The position numbers were made by a program, and so were the translations under genes. Below, piece by piece: positions 11,500 to 23,915 of a stretch of DNA of 64,000 nt; position 1 is the stretch's first letter; each line of letters starts with the position of its first letter. A model generated the notes under the pieces. The model saw nothing but the letters and a program-made list of their open reading frames with translations. It was not told the origin of the DNA and searched no databases. The stretch is from Mobula hypostoma (lineage: Eukaryota). Where the stretch lies: contig NC_086108.1 of assembly GCF_963921235.1 (NCBI RefSeq), forward strand, positions 51,956,001 to 52,020,000, in the 5' to 3' direction.

Positions 11500-13400
11500 T
11501 AATAGATTCTGATGATGTACAAGCCGAATAGTGAAGAGATTTCTCTTTAACTCACTCCTAAATAGTCAATCCCTTTTGAGACTCCATACCCCAAGTTTAG
11601 ACTGTACAGGCAAAGGATATAGCCTTCCAGCATCTACCCTGTCAAATTACCTGGAAACTTATGTTTCATTTTCTCCTCTCATTCATCTAAACATCAGAAA
11701 ATAAAGGCCTCTTCTACTCAACTCTTGTATAGAAAGAATCCCGTCATGGGGAACACTGTAATGAATCTATGCTGGACTGCCCTCAAACAAGTAAATCTTT
11801 CCTTGGATAATGGAGAACTAAACAGTAGAGTATTTCGGATGTGGTCTCATCAAACTCCTGTGGAGTTAAGGCAAGCTGCCTTATGGCAGTGAAAGGCAAA
11901 ATACAATTTTTCTTCCTATCTTCATTTTAACTTGGCTTTTTTACCTTCATATTATATTGAATAATTTTCAATTCCCAGACCATTTCAGTAGGTTTCAATA
12001 GGTACATTTAATGTCAGAGAAATGTATACAATATACATCCTGAAATTCTTTTTCTTCACAAACATCATGAAAACAGAGGAGTGCCCCAAAGAATGAATGA
12101 CATTTAAATGTCAGAATCCCAAAGCCCCCCCAACTCCCCCCCACACGCATAAGCAGCAGGAAAGCAACACCCCCCCCAGCAAAAAGCATCAGCAAACCCA
12201 CCGACACTCAAGTGTGCAGCAAAGCATCAATAAAGATACAGACTTGCAGTACCCCAAAGACTACTCGTTCACCAGGTATTTGACACACCACAGGCTCTCT
12301 TTCTCTCCCTAATAAGGGGAAAAGAAGTGTCCCTGTTTCACAACAAAAGGGGAGATATAACAAAACAATTCGCTGATTTATGGTGTTAAAGATCTGTTGT
12401 GTCGCTTTTTCCGAGCTCTGTGCCCAAAGAACTCGGGTCCCTGGGCACACAGCCAGCAGTCAGCTTGCTGCTTTCGATCTTCCGTGTACTCCCACGACAC
12501 ATCAGGTGGCAGCGTCGGCCTCAAATCAGCCCGTCTGCAGAGCCATGAAAATCTGGCACCCTGAAGGTGTGCTAGTCTTCTAGGCTATGTCCTTGGCATA
12601 TCAAAATGCGGCCGGTCATGAAGCCCTGAGAGCAGGTCCCATTTCCGCAAAGAACCGAAGTCAGCTTGTACCTCCAGGAAGAACCCTGAAAAGGGAAAAA
12701 AGAGATATCAAATAAGGCTGTTCCTTTATTGTAAGCAAAAGAGTGCCTGTTAGGCGCCATTGTCCTCCAAAGCTCCACGAACTTTCCTATTCATTAAATT
12801 TACCTACACCAATTTGCATCATCCTAACAATCTATTGTGTACTTAATATCTTTATGATCAAAATTAGGTCTTGCTACTTAAACCAAAAATACAAAGTATA
12901 AATAGCTGAGACCCTAGCACTCGTATATCCTTATGGCACTCCACTACAAACAGTAAGCTATTCTGAAAATGACATGTCAGACTCTTACTGTATTTTTCCC
13001 TTAACCTATGCTGTATCCTTGCTAATGTATTACTCTATATATCCTCATTTTGTAAGGCAACTTTTCACTCACCTTTCTGTACCTTTTGAGAATCCAAATG
13101 TATAATATCATTGTTAACTCACCCCTCACCCTTATCATGCCAATCACATCCTAAAATCTTCATTACAGTTTCCTTTCAATAAACCTTGTTGACCCTAGCG
13201 TGTCTAATTCTGATTTTTGCATGTCTTACTATCATTTCTTTGATAACAGATTTCATTCATTTCTCGCAAATTAGTATCAGGCTAACCAATATTTTATTCA
13301 TCAATTTCATTAGAATTTTATATATATTACTAATCTGCTGGTACCATTCCAGAAACTAAGCCTCGTTATAGCCCAAGAAATTTAGACTGGGGGATTGGTT
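11500..13400 (-). mobile_element. Heavily decayed CR1 LINE, interrupted by the 11990-12780 element
   Basis: Scattered CR1 antisense motifs (CATCTACCCTGTCAA, GTGTGGTCTCATCAA, GAGAATCCAAATGTATAATATC). Confidence 0.5.
11990..12780 (-). mobile_element. SINE-like non-autonomous retroelement
   Basis: Higher GC than its surroundings; the + strand begins with a reverse-complement tail (GTACATTTAATGTCAGAGAAATGTATACAATATACATCCTGAAATTC) and ends at GGCGCCAT. Confidence 0.55.
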
Positions 13401-13856
13401 AGCTTTTGGTTACTTAACTTACTCCAGTACATTTTTTTAACCAATATTTATTAATTTCAGTTCCACACTTTCATTCAGCCTTTTGTTCATTACTACTGTA
13501 TGTGTTTCTACTGAGAAAATTCTTAGAATACCTCAGTTATTTGCTTATTCACAGTTTGCAATAAATGACTTGGATGAACAGGCAACGTAATATTTGCTGA
13601 TAGCAGAGTGAGCTGTGAGGAAGATACATTGGGTCACAGAGGGACACCAAGAGCTTTGGCAAATGGACAAAAAGAAGCCAGATGGGGTATAATGTGAGGG
13701 GGTAAATAAAAATAAAGTGATGTGCAGTTTAGTACAAAGAACAGGAAATCTGAATAAGTTTTAAATGCTGAGAACTGGTAAACTTCTGAAGGGGAGTGCA
13801 CAAAGATTGGACAGTAGATGCAGAAAGTAAGCAAGCAGGCTCAGGAAGCCAAATCG

Positions 13857-14158
13857 GGTGCCACGGTACACCAATGATTAGTGCAATGCTATTACAGCTC
13901 GGGGCGTTCCAGAGTCAAATTCCGGTGCCATTCTATAAAGAGTCTCTCTACGTCCTCCCCGTGGAATGCGTGGACTTGACCTGGGTGCTCTGGTTTTCTC
14001 CCACAGTCCAGAGATGTACTGGGTAGGTTAATTGGTCACTGTAAATTGTCTTGTGATTCAGTTAGGATATATTTTGGGTTGTGGGGTTGCTAAGGTGGTG
14101 TGGTCAAAGGGACAGAAGAGCCTACTGGGTGCTGTATCAGTAAGTAAATAAATAAATA
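13857..14158 (+). mobile_element. tRNA-derived V-SINE (HE1-like)
   Basis: V-domain CTGGGTGCTCTGGTTTTCTCCCACAGTCCAGAGA..GGTTAATTGGTCACTGTAAATTG; TAAA-repeat tail. Confidence 0.8.
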
Positions 14159-14263
14159 TTTTACCTTTATTAAAATAAATTGGAATACCAACATAATGTA
14201 GTTTTGCTGAGGTTCTGCAGGGTCTTTTGAAACTGCTTTTGAGAAAAATATTTGGAATAATAA

Positions 14264-14362
14264 TCCTGACGAAGGGTCTCGGCCTGAAACGTTGACTGCG
14301 CCTCTTCCTATAGATGCTGCTTGGCCTGCTGTGTTCACCAGCAACTTTGATGTATGTTGCTA
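14264..14362 (+). mobile_element. ~100-bp Penelope-derived insertion starting at the hammerhead core, 13-bp TSD
   Basis: TCCTGACGAAGGGTCTCGGCCTGAAACGTTGACTG..; TTTGGAATAATAA occurs at 14251-14263 and 14368-14380. Confidence 0.8.
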
Positions 14363-14649
14363 TTTTTTTTGGAATAATAAACTGGCCTTGAAGTAAGTGT
14401 GGTGTAGATTTACAATTTTTTTTGGGAGAGGGAATTGTACTTGTTTATGATTTTTTTTCCCTGCTAGCACTCTTTTCCTGAAAATTTCTTTGGCTTGTTG
14501 GTATTGTTGGATTTAGTCAGATTCCTTTATTCGATTTTCAGGATTCCCGAATTAGGATTCATAACAGAAGCAAAAATTTAGGACATGAATTATTTTTGAA
14601 TATTCTCTGGCAAAATTATAATGCAGTGGATGATTTTATTTAATACATC

Positions 14650-16130
14650 ATGAGCATGTTGAGGTACCATTTTAAAGATGGACCAGCCAATTCAATTCTA
14701 ATGTCTTTGACATTTCAACTGAACTCCATGGTCTCGTGCCAAATGTCGCAGGGAATCTTCATTATGCCTAGATCTCTGTCAAGTAAACTTTAAAATTATG
14801 GAATTCCTGAATGCTTTTATTAATATAAAGCTGTTCTGTTAGATGGTGGCAAATGTAATCCCATTGTTTAATAAATAAGAGGGAAAGAAAACAAGGAAAT
14901 GCAAACTGGTTTGCCTAGGAATAAAAATACAATACATTCAGAAAACATCAATGGGATTAGTCTAAATATTAATTTATGTAAGGAAATTATGTACAGGTAA
15001 GGAAGAAGCCATGCATGTAATACACAGTATTTTGATGAAGTCCACTGAATTGTGAGACTGTGGTTAATACATTGACATGGATTAAAAATTGGCAGATAAG
15101 CAAGAAATACAAGGATATTCTCAGCGTGGTAGACAGTGAAAAGTGGACTACTCTAGGGATCAGTGCTTAGGTCCCAGCTATTCCAAATGTACAACAATGA
15201 TTAGGTTAATGGAACATAATTCCCTTTTTATAAATCAATATTGACTTTGTCTAATGCCATTGCTATTGTTGAATTGTCCTAGTATCACTTTCTTTATGAT
15301 AGACAATAGCATTTTATAATATTTCTAAATTTGTTGATGATGTAAAGCCGGCTGTGTTTGTAAGAACGACATTAAGGAGCCTCAAGACGATTTAGATATA
15401 TTGAGCAAATGGGTAAATCCATGACAGATGCAGTATAAAGTGCATGTGGGAAGCTATCCACCTCAGCAGGAGAAATAGAAAGGCAGAGTACTATTTAAAT
15501 AGAGCTTAATCAGGCAAAACATATGTTGACCTTCGTTGAAAGATTACCAAAGGATTTGAATGTAGGAACAACAGTGTTTTTCTACAATAATCAAGGGGTC
15601 TTGGCAAGACTACATTTCAATCATTGTGTTCAATTTGGATTCTTTATCTAAGAAAGTATGAACTTACTGTAGAGAGTTATCAGACAGATTTTTGGGTCAA
15701 CTGGGCTGTGTAATAAAAAGAGATTGAGTTGACTAGATCTGTATTCACAAGGGCTTTAAAGAAAAGGGGTGATGTTGTTGAAACATTCAAAACCACATTC
15801 AAACTGGGTACAGAGAATATCTCTCTTGATTAAAGGGTCTGGAACAAGGGGTCATTGTATAAGGACATGGGGGAAGACATTTCAAACTGAGCTGAGAAAA
15901 AATGTCTTCACTCAAAGGGTAGGTGAACTTGTGGAATTCTCCGCCACGAAGGCTGCGATGGACAAGTTGCTAAATATATTTAGGAGGCAAGTAGATAGCT
16001 ATCTCAAAAAGCATCAAGGAGGGTATGGGGAGAGTAGTAAAGTAGTATCTTGGCAGAAGATCAGTTATGATTATATTGGATGGCACAGGCTCAAAGCAAC
16101 AAACAGCTGCCTCCTACTCCCATTTTCTAT
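14650..16130 (+). mobile_element. Decayed CR1 LINE ORF2 3' half
   Basis: GSVLGPQLF, ISKFVDD, CVQFG, SGTRGHCIRT..VFTQRV motifs. Confidence 0.75.
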
Positions 16131-16402
16131 TTTTCTGTTGGGAACATATATTTACAGAGACTCTTATTAACATTCTTCCTTTACTCTTCTATTTTCAAAA
16201 CTGACCTTCATTCAAAAAAAAATTGTGCAAGAAGTACAAAGCAGTACATGGATTCATTTTACAGTCATGGCACTGTTCAGTCTAAGCATCTGCACTGTCA
16301 ACTTCATACACTTATTTTTAATCTCTTGAATGCACTGACTCCAAGCTATGATTCTGTTCTACAGTTCTTTATGTAAAGAGACAAATTTTTAAGTACAGTA
16401 TA

Positions 16403-16948
16403 CAGTCATCCCACCTCTCCCGGAACTTCCGGGAGTCTCCCACATATTAATAGTGGCTCCCTGATGCCCGCAAGTTATATACAATATCACGGAAATCAGT
16501 TTTTTTGAAAGTGAGCGAGAGAAAAGCAAGAGAGAGCGCGTGAGTGAGAAAGCAAGTGAGAGCGCGCGAGCGACCACGAGAGAGAGAGAGAGCACAAGCA
16601 AGAGCGCGCCATGGCAGAGTGTTTCAAAAAAATATAAAACATACGTCACCCCAGACTACAGTAAAGTGTACCCCTGCCTAATAGGGGTCAAAATAATGAC
16701 AGTGTTGCTCGCTGCACTGTTTGCAACAGTGACTTTTCTATTGCCCATGGTGGGTTAAGACTGTAAAAGACGTGTTGAGGTGAGTTTAACAGGTGTCATT
16801 CGTTCATTAGCATAGCTAACGTTATTTAAACTAGCTGGCTAGCTGCTAAGGAGCTACTCTATTGCAGACATTCCACCTTTCCCGGAAGTCTCCTGCAAAT
16901 TGATGGTGCTACCTCCTTGAAATGAGTTTTTGCAGGGTGGGATGTCTG
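16403..16948. mobile_element. Non-autonomous DNA transposon (MITE, possibly hAT)
   Basis: TIRs CAGTCATCCCACC / GGTGGGATGTCTG; AGTATA on both flanks; an extra internal left-end copy at 16865. Confidence 0.7.
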
Positions 16949-17171
16949 AGTATATTAAATAGTATATTAATTATAGAAGACAGTAGAGATGCTTATCCTT
17001 GGAGCAAAGGTCAGTAGTAGTTAAGAATGGACCCCCAGGTTGAGTTTCTCTTCTGTAGTGCATACTAACACTTTGCCAAAAGTTAACTGAACACTGTATA
17101 CTGTACCTTGAGACCTAAGCAATGGATTTTTTACAAAAATAAAATAAAATTCAGCTCTAGTGAATTAATTT

Positions 17172-17660
17172 TAAAAGTTCAAAGTAAAATTTCTTATCAG
17201 AGTACATAGATGTCACCACATACAACCCTGAGAATCTTTTTCTGTGAGCACACTTAGCAAATTTATAGAACAGTAACTGTAAATGATAAACATCAGGAAT
17301 TATAAACTGTAAACAAATAGTGCAAATGCAGATATAAATAAATAGCAATAAATAATGAGCATGAAATTAACAATATAGGTGTCCTTAAATGAGTGTAGCT
17401 ATCTCCTTTTATTCAAGAGCCTGATGGTTGAAGGGTGGTAACTGTTCTTGAACCTGGTGGTGTGAGTCCTGAGTCACTTGTACCTTCTACCTGATGGCAA
17501 CAGCGAGAAAACAGTATGACCTGGGTGGTGAGGATCTTTGATGATGGATGCTGCTTTTTTACGGCAATGTTTCATGTGGATGTGCTCGATAATTGGGAGG
17601 GCTTTACCCGTCATGTACTGGACCAAATCCATTATCTTTTGTAGATTGTCCGCTCTATAA
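17172..17660 (-). mobile_element. Rex1/Babar-like LINE 3' end
   Basis: ORF 17474-17803 ends ALPIIEHIHMKHCRKKAASIIKDPHHPGHTVFSLLPSGRRYK; TTTGAAC-type tail. Confidence 0.75.
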
Positions 17661-19204
17661 TAGCTGATTGTGATACAAAAGAGTATAATGTACCTTTTCA
17701 ATGTTACAAAATACATACAGCAAAAACACATAAAATGGCCCTTTAGCCCCACAGATCCTAGTAACGTTAATGTTTCGCACAAGCCTTCTCTGGTGTACTT
17801 CATCTAACTTGGTCAACCTTTCTATTTCTTCTCATTCCCATGAGCTGTACACCCCAACCACTACTTGCATTCTACCTATACTTTGAGAATGCTATTTCTC
17901 CCAAATTGCCTTTTAGATGAATCAATGGCTCTCATATTTATGGCTTCTAATTATGGTGTCTCCCATAAGTGAAAATATTTCTTGATATTTAGATGATCAA
18001 AATGTTTTTATAATCTTAAAGGCCCCTGTCATGTCATTCCTCAATCTTCTCTAGAGAATGGATTCCCAGCTCCTATGTTGAATCTCTTACTAAAACATAA
18101 CCAAGTTTGTGATGAGTTTCAGTCGAAAATGACAGCAAGACTGCTATATATGACAGTGGTTACATTCTGAACAAGGAACTCAGCTAAACTTTGAAATAAA
18201 ATCCATTACAAGCCACGTGACAATGTATGAATTAATCTGTGGTATATGAAAAGGCTCTGACTAATTCAGAATAATTGTGAAATATGCCTAACCAGAATTG
18301 GACCTTAATAAAAAAAAATCAAACTAAAGGGATTACAATGAAATAAATGTCACTTTAATGGTATTATTCTGAAAATTTGATACTCAGATTCATATCTGGA
18401 GAATTTTGTTATTCAAACCTGGCAGCAGTGAATGGAAAACTTCCTTGGCAGGCTGCTGGCAGCCTGCAGAGACGGCCCCATGCCGGTGCCTTCATGTAAT
18501 TGGTACCATAGCAAACACATCTGGAAACAATTGAGTAAGGGTTTTGCTAGCAGAATAATGCAGATGCATGGCTCAGCCCCAGAGCACAGAGCCCAGTTTG
18601 TTTGTGTAAAAAAAGAACACAAGCCATGGGATTCCAATAATTAACCATAAATTTTTACTTTCAACTTTTGACTGACATTGACCATTTTCTGTCCAATTAT
18701 TACCTAGGCAAAGGCAGTTCTTGTCTCTGAATCTGTGAGAAGTAAGTGAAACACATATAGGGTGGTTTTAACTTTGAGGGGAGTCAGAGAGAATTAGATG
18801 GGCTCAGAGAGGGGTCTGGGTGGAACTTTATCTAAATGAGTGAAATGGATTCTGAGTCATTTTAAACTCAGCTTTCCAGATTCTGGAATCAGATCAATGT
18901 TAGCAAAATGGAAAATTACTGAGAGAAGGGAAACAGGTAATGGGGTAAAGGGACAACAAAACCAGTGATCTACTTTTGGTTTAGTTTGACTTGCTTGGTT
19001 TATTCATTGCCTGTATAAAAGTAGGTACATTCATGGATATAAAGCTGACCATCACAAAACCTAATGGTATGAGCATTTTGAGAAACTTGAAAATCTGATG
19101 TTTTACTTCTAGCGGTGAATACTGATATTGGTTGCTCTGCTCACAAATTCAATTAGTGTGTTAATATGTGGAGCACAAATATCCCCAGATTGTCTTAGTG
19201 CATA

Positions 19205-20728
19205 CAGTGCCTATAAAAAGAATTCACCCCCCTTAGAAGTTTTCATGTTTTATTGTTTTACAACATGGAATCACAGTGGATTTAATTTGGCTTTTTTGAC
19301 ACTGATCAACAGAAAAAGACTCTCTTGTGTCGAAGTGAAAACAGATCTCTACAAAGTGATCTAAATTAATTACAAATATAAAATACAAAATAATTGATTG
19401 CATCAGTACTCATGCCCTTTAATATGATACACCAATCATCACTGATGAAGCCAATTGGTTTTAGAATTCACATAATTAGGTCACCGTGCGCAGTCAAGGT
19501 GTTTCAATTCATTGTAGTAAAAATGCACGTATATCTGGAAGGTCCAACTGATGGTGAGCCAGTATCCTGGTAAAAACTATACTATGAAGACAAAAGAACT
19601 CTCCAAGCACTCTGCAGAAATGTTATTGAAAAGCACAAGTCAAGAGATGGATACAAGAAAATCTCCAAGTCACTGAATATGGAGTACAGTTAAGTCAACC
19701 ATCAAGAAATGGAAAGAATATGGCACAGCTGTAAATCTGCCTAGAGCAGGCCGCCCTCAAAAAACTGAGAGACAGCGCAAGAAGCGGACTAGCGAGGGAG
19801 AGACCTATGACAGCTCTGGAGGAGTTACAAGCTTCAGTGGTTGAGATGGGAAGAGACTACATGCAACAACTGTTGCCCGGGTACTTCACCAGTCATAGCT
19901 TTATGGGAGAATGGCAAAGAGAAAGTCACTGTTTTAAAAAAAAAAAAGGCATGCATGAAATCTCGGCTAGAGTTTGCCAGATGGCATGTGGGAGATTCTG
20001 AAGTCAGCTGGAAGAAGGTTCTATGATCTGATGAAACCAAAATTGAGCTTTTTGGCCATCAGACTAAATGTTATGTTTGGCCAAACACTGCACATCATCA
20101 AAAAGGCCCTGGAAGGCTTGTGAAGGTAGAGGGTAAAATGAATGCAGCAAAATACAAGGAAATCCTGGAGGAAAACCTGATGCAGTCTGCAAGAGAACTG
20201 CGAATTGGGAGAAGATTTGTTTTCCAGCAAGGCAGTGACCCCAAACATAAAGCCAAAGCTACCCAGGAATGGTTTAAAAACAACAAAGTTGATCTCCTGG
20301 AGTGGGCAAGTCAGAGGCCAGACCACAATCTGATTAAGAATTTGTGGCTGGACTTGAAAAGAGCTGTTCACTCATGATCCCCATATGACCTGACAGAGCT
20401 TGAGCAGTTTTGTAAAGGAGAATGGGGAAGAACTGCATTGTCCAGGTGTGCAAAGCTGATAAAGACCTATCCAAACAGACTCCAGGCTATAATTGCTGCC
20501 AAAGGCACATCTACTAAATACTGGCTTGAAGGGGGTGAATACTTATTTTGTGTCTTATATTTGTAATTAGTTTAGATCTCTTTGTAGAAATCTGTTTTCA
20601 CTTTGACTCAAAGAGTCTTTTTCTGTTGATCAGAGTCAAAAATTCAAATTAAATCCACTGTGATTCAATGTTGTAAAACAATAAAACATGAGAACTTCCA
20701 AGGGGGTTGCATACTTTGTATAGACATT
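19205..20728 (+). mobile_element. Near full-length Tc1 transposon with long (IR/DR-type) TIRs
   Basis: TA|CAGTGCCTATAAAAAG left end; ~200-bp inverted repeats (about 19205-19420 vs 20529-20728). Confidence 0.9.
19584..20525 (+). pseudogene. Tc1 transposase (DD34E family), disrupted
   Basis: MKTKELS..GYKKISKSL..GRPQK..SDETKI..FQQGSDPKH..SQRPDHNLIKNLW; frameshifts, stops, an internal deletion and mutated second D and E. Confidence 0.9.
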
Positions 20729-21589
20729 TAACTTCTTGTCCTTTAATTCTGAGAATATAACTCAGATCAAATCATTTTTGGAAAAGGAGTAAATCTTTTT
20801 TCAGATAAAAGCAGTGTTTCTAATCATCTTAAATGATGATACATGGAAAAGTGAAAATAAATAATAAGTATCTATTCCAAAAGTTTGTAATTATAAAAAG
20901 GTCAGTTGCATGTTTAATCACTCTTCAACAAATGTTAGAGAACTGTTATTGTGAAATAATTACAACATACCTTCTTTGAATACTGCAGTGTCAAATAATT
21001 TAACCAGCTGGTGAATAATGGGAAAAGCTGAGCAGTTTTCAAGAGCTGAACGTTTCAGTCACTCAACATACAGGCTGTCTTTGCCTGTTGCTGAAATCAC
21101 AGAATATCATAGGTTTTTGTAAACTGGATACACATAGTTCAAAGAAACATCTATTGGGGAAAAAGATCTTGCAATATAGTTTAAAGTGGGAGTGAAAATC
21201 TGGTGAGATCCTCTAAATTCTGGGTTCAAGCCCAGACAGGAATATCACCAGTGGGATCTCAAGATTGACGTTCATACTTTCAGTCACGTTCGGGATGGGC
21301 AAGGCCTAACAATTCAGCTCAGCACAAATTGGCCCTGAACTGACGACCTTCATCTGAGGGTGTCTGATGAAATGGACAGAAATAGAAACAATCACTCTGG
21401 TCTGATAGTCATGCTTTTCTGAGCCTGTTAAGTATTGCGAAAGATTCAGTTAGTGAGTTGTAATCTGCCTGTAACTTGCACTTTCCTCTATGTTGCTTTT
21501 TGTGATATTGTAGAGAGGGATGTTCCAGTTTCATCTGTGTCAGTAGTGAGTCATTGACAAACCTTATTGATAGAGAGGCGTAATTACTG

Positions 21590-22390
21590 TACTGAGGCAC
21601 CATAGGGATCTGAGCTGGAGCCTCCATTATTCATGGTTCATATTAACAACTTGGGGAGGCTGAGTCTGCTGACACTGCAAGGGTAGGAGGGAAAATTAGT
21701 TGTGAGCAGAATGCAAAAGTCTGCAAGGGCATCACACTGGCTGATGTTTAGAATATGAGATTATCTCCGTGAGACTTGTAAACACTGGTGTTCAGAAAGA
21801 TTGGCATATCCTCATTGAAGAAACAGAGTATCAATATGCAAACATAGCAAATGCTTTGGATAGCAAATAGAATATTGCCAAGAGGGATAGAATATAAAAT
21901 ATGAATGCCTTTCTGCAGTCGCTCTAAGATTTGTTGAGACCACCCTGAAGAACTATGTACCATTTTATATATACCTGGAGCCAACATGGAGAAAGTTTGC
22001 TCGATTTATTCCCAGATTGAAAGGGAAAGATGGAGTTGAATGAGCCTCTACCTTCTGGAATTCAGAAGAATGAGTTGTGACCAAATGAAACATATGAGAT
22101 GGTAGGGGGTTGACAGGTTAGATGCTGTGAGGATAATTCCTTGGTGGAGGACTGGAAAACTGAGGGATATAGTCTTGGTGGAAGGAGTTACCCATTGAAA
22201 GTTTGAAATTAATAGGCATTTTTCACTCATAGTTGTGATTTGTTTATATAATTCTTTACAGCAGGAAACTGTGAATATTAAATAATTAAATACATTCATA
22301 GATAGACTTTAGGACTATAGGTTTGTGGTGTGGGGATCAGGCAGAAACAGGCAAGTGCTGAAACCAGTGCAAGTTCAACATACAGCCTAC
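21590..22390 (+). mobile_element. Decayed CR1 LINE
   Basis: PQGS-like CCATAGGGATCTGAGCTGG, RPPL-like motif and 3' end motifs. Confidence 0.55.
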
Positions 22391-23149
22391 ATCCATTTCT
22401 CTTGTTCTTATGTTGAAACATAATACTTTGTGATTTGGTGCAATAGATCTCATCGATTCTTTGCTTGTCCACAAGCACAAAATAGAAGCGTTCCCGTTAT
22501 CCACACATTGAATTTAAAATGTCCATGAAATTATTCGCCATGGAGCTGATGTTACTGCTATTCTTACATTGGCATCTCAGGACATGGAGTTTTAGGCAGA
22601 ATTTTTCTAGATATATGGAAGAAGCTTATTTTGGACAATTCTATCACATGTTTAACAAAGTTAGGGTGGTGGAGTGTGAAAAAATAATGGACTAAATAAA
22701 TATAGTAGGGCTTGGTAGTCTTTTGCTGGACCCATAGAAGAACTCATTAGGTAAAGTTACTATTTTGTACACAATGTAGTCTAATGTATAGCTAGCTAAA
22801 ATATGTGTGTGGGGGGCAACCGTGGCATTCCAAGGAAGTTCAAATCATTTTGAAGGATTTTGAGCCTGGTTTGTAGCCGTCATCTATGGAATATTCTGAC
22901 CACAACTCAGATTATATTTTTCACAGGATTTCTCAGAAAGTTGATGATTACACCATTGCAAAGGTGGCATGTGTAAACCCTGTTGTCCAGTAATTTCAGA
23001 TTCAAGCTCTTATGCTCAACTGGCAAACTTGAGCAATACAAAGGGAAGGTTTTTCCAGGACTGTTTTGATAAGTTCTGTTAGGGTTCTGCAAGCATCCCT
23101 TTCACAACTGCTTTTGGCAGAATATGCATTTCCTTATCCTTAAAAAGTG

Positions 23150-23530
23150 GGGACATGCATTTACTGATACTTCAAGGGGACTAGAATTTTAGAACAAGGA
23201 TGTAATGCTGAATCTTTATAAAGTATTCGTCAGACCACATTTGGAATATTGTGATCAGTTTTGGGCCCAATATCTAGTGAAGGATGTGCTGGCATTGGAA
23301 AAGGTCCAAAGGAGGTTTACAAGAATGATCCTGAAGATGAAATGGAGTGTTTAATGGCTCTTGTTCTGTACTCACTGGAGTTCAGGAAAATGAGGGGAGA
23401 TCTCATTGAAACCTACTGAATTTTGAAAAGCCTAGATAGAGTAGATGAGAGGATTTTTCCAAGTGGAAGAGCCTAGACCAGTGGACACGGCCTCAGAATA
23501 AAAGGATATCCCTTTGGTACAGGTGAGGAT
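23150..23530 (+). mobile_element. CR1 LINE fragment
   Basis: LYKVFVRPHLEYCDQFWAQYLVKDVLALEKVQRRFTRMI..RGDLIET. Confidence 0.85.
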
Positions 23531-23915
23531 TGCCCCCTTCACCATTCCCCATCCACTTTTCCCTCTCTCACCTTATTTCCTTTCCTACCCGTCACTTCCC
23601 TCTGCTCCTCCCCTCCCCCTTTTCTTTCTTCCATGGCCTTCTGTCCTCTCCTATCAGACTCCCCCCTTTCTCTAGCCCTGTATCTCTTTCATCAATCAAC
23701 TTCTCAGCTCTTTAGTTCATCCCTCCCCCTCCCGGTTTCACATATCACCTTGTGTTTTTCTCTCTCTCCCTCACCACCCCCCCCCACCTTTAAAATCTAC
23801 TCCTTCTCTTTTTTTCTCTCCAGTCTTGCCGAAGGGTCTTGGTTCAAAACATTGACTCTACACTTTTCCATAGATGCTGCCTGGCCTGCTGAGTTCCTCC
23901 AGCATTTTATGTGTA
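23531..23915 (+). mobile_element. Penelope-like element 3' tail with degenerate hammerhead at 23821-23858
   Basis: Colinear with 1280-1680 (CT tract, CAGTCTTGCCGAAGGGTCTTGGTTCAAAACATTGACT, ATAGATGCTGCCTGGCCTGCTGAG). Confidence 0.75.

Noticed and set aside
13857-13930. tRNA gene
   Set aside because: It is the decayed tRNA-derived head of a V-SINE and shows no cloverleaf.
19584-20525. Functional or domesticated Tc1 transposase
   Set aside because: Multiple frameshifts and stops, and mutated catalytic residues.
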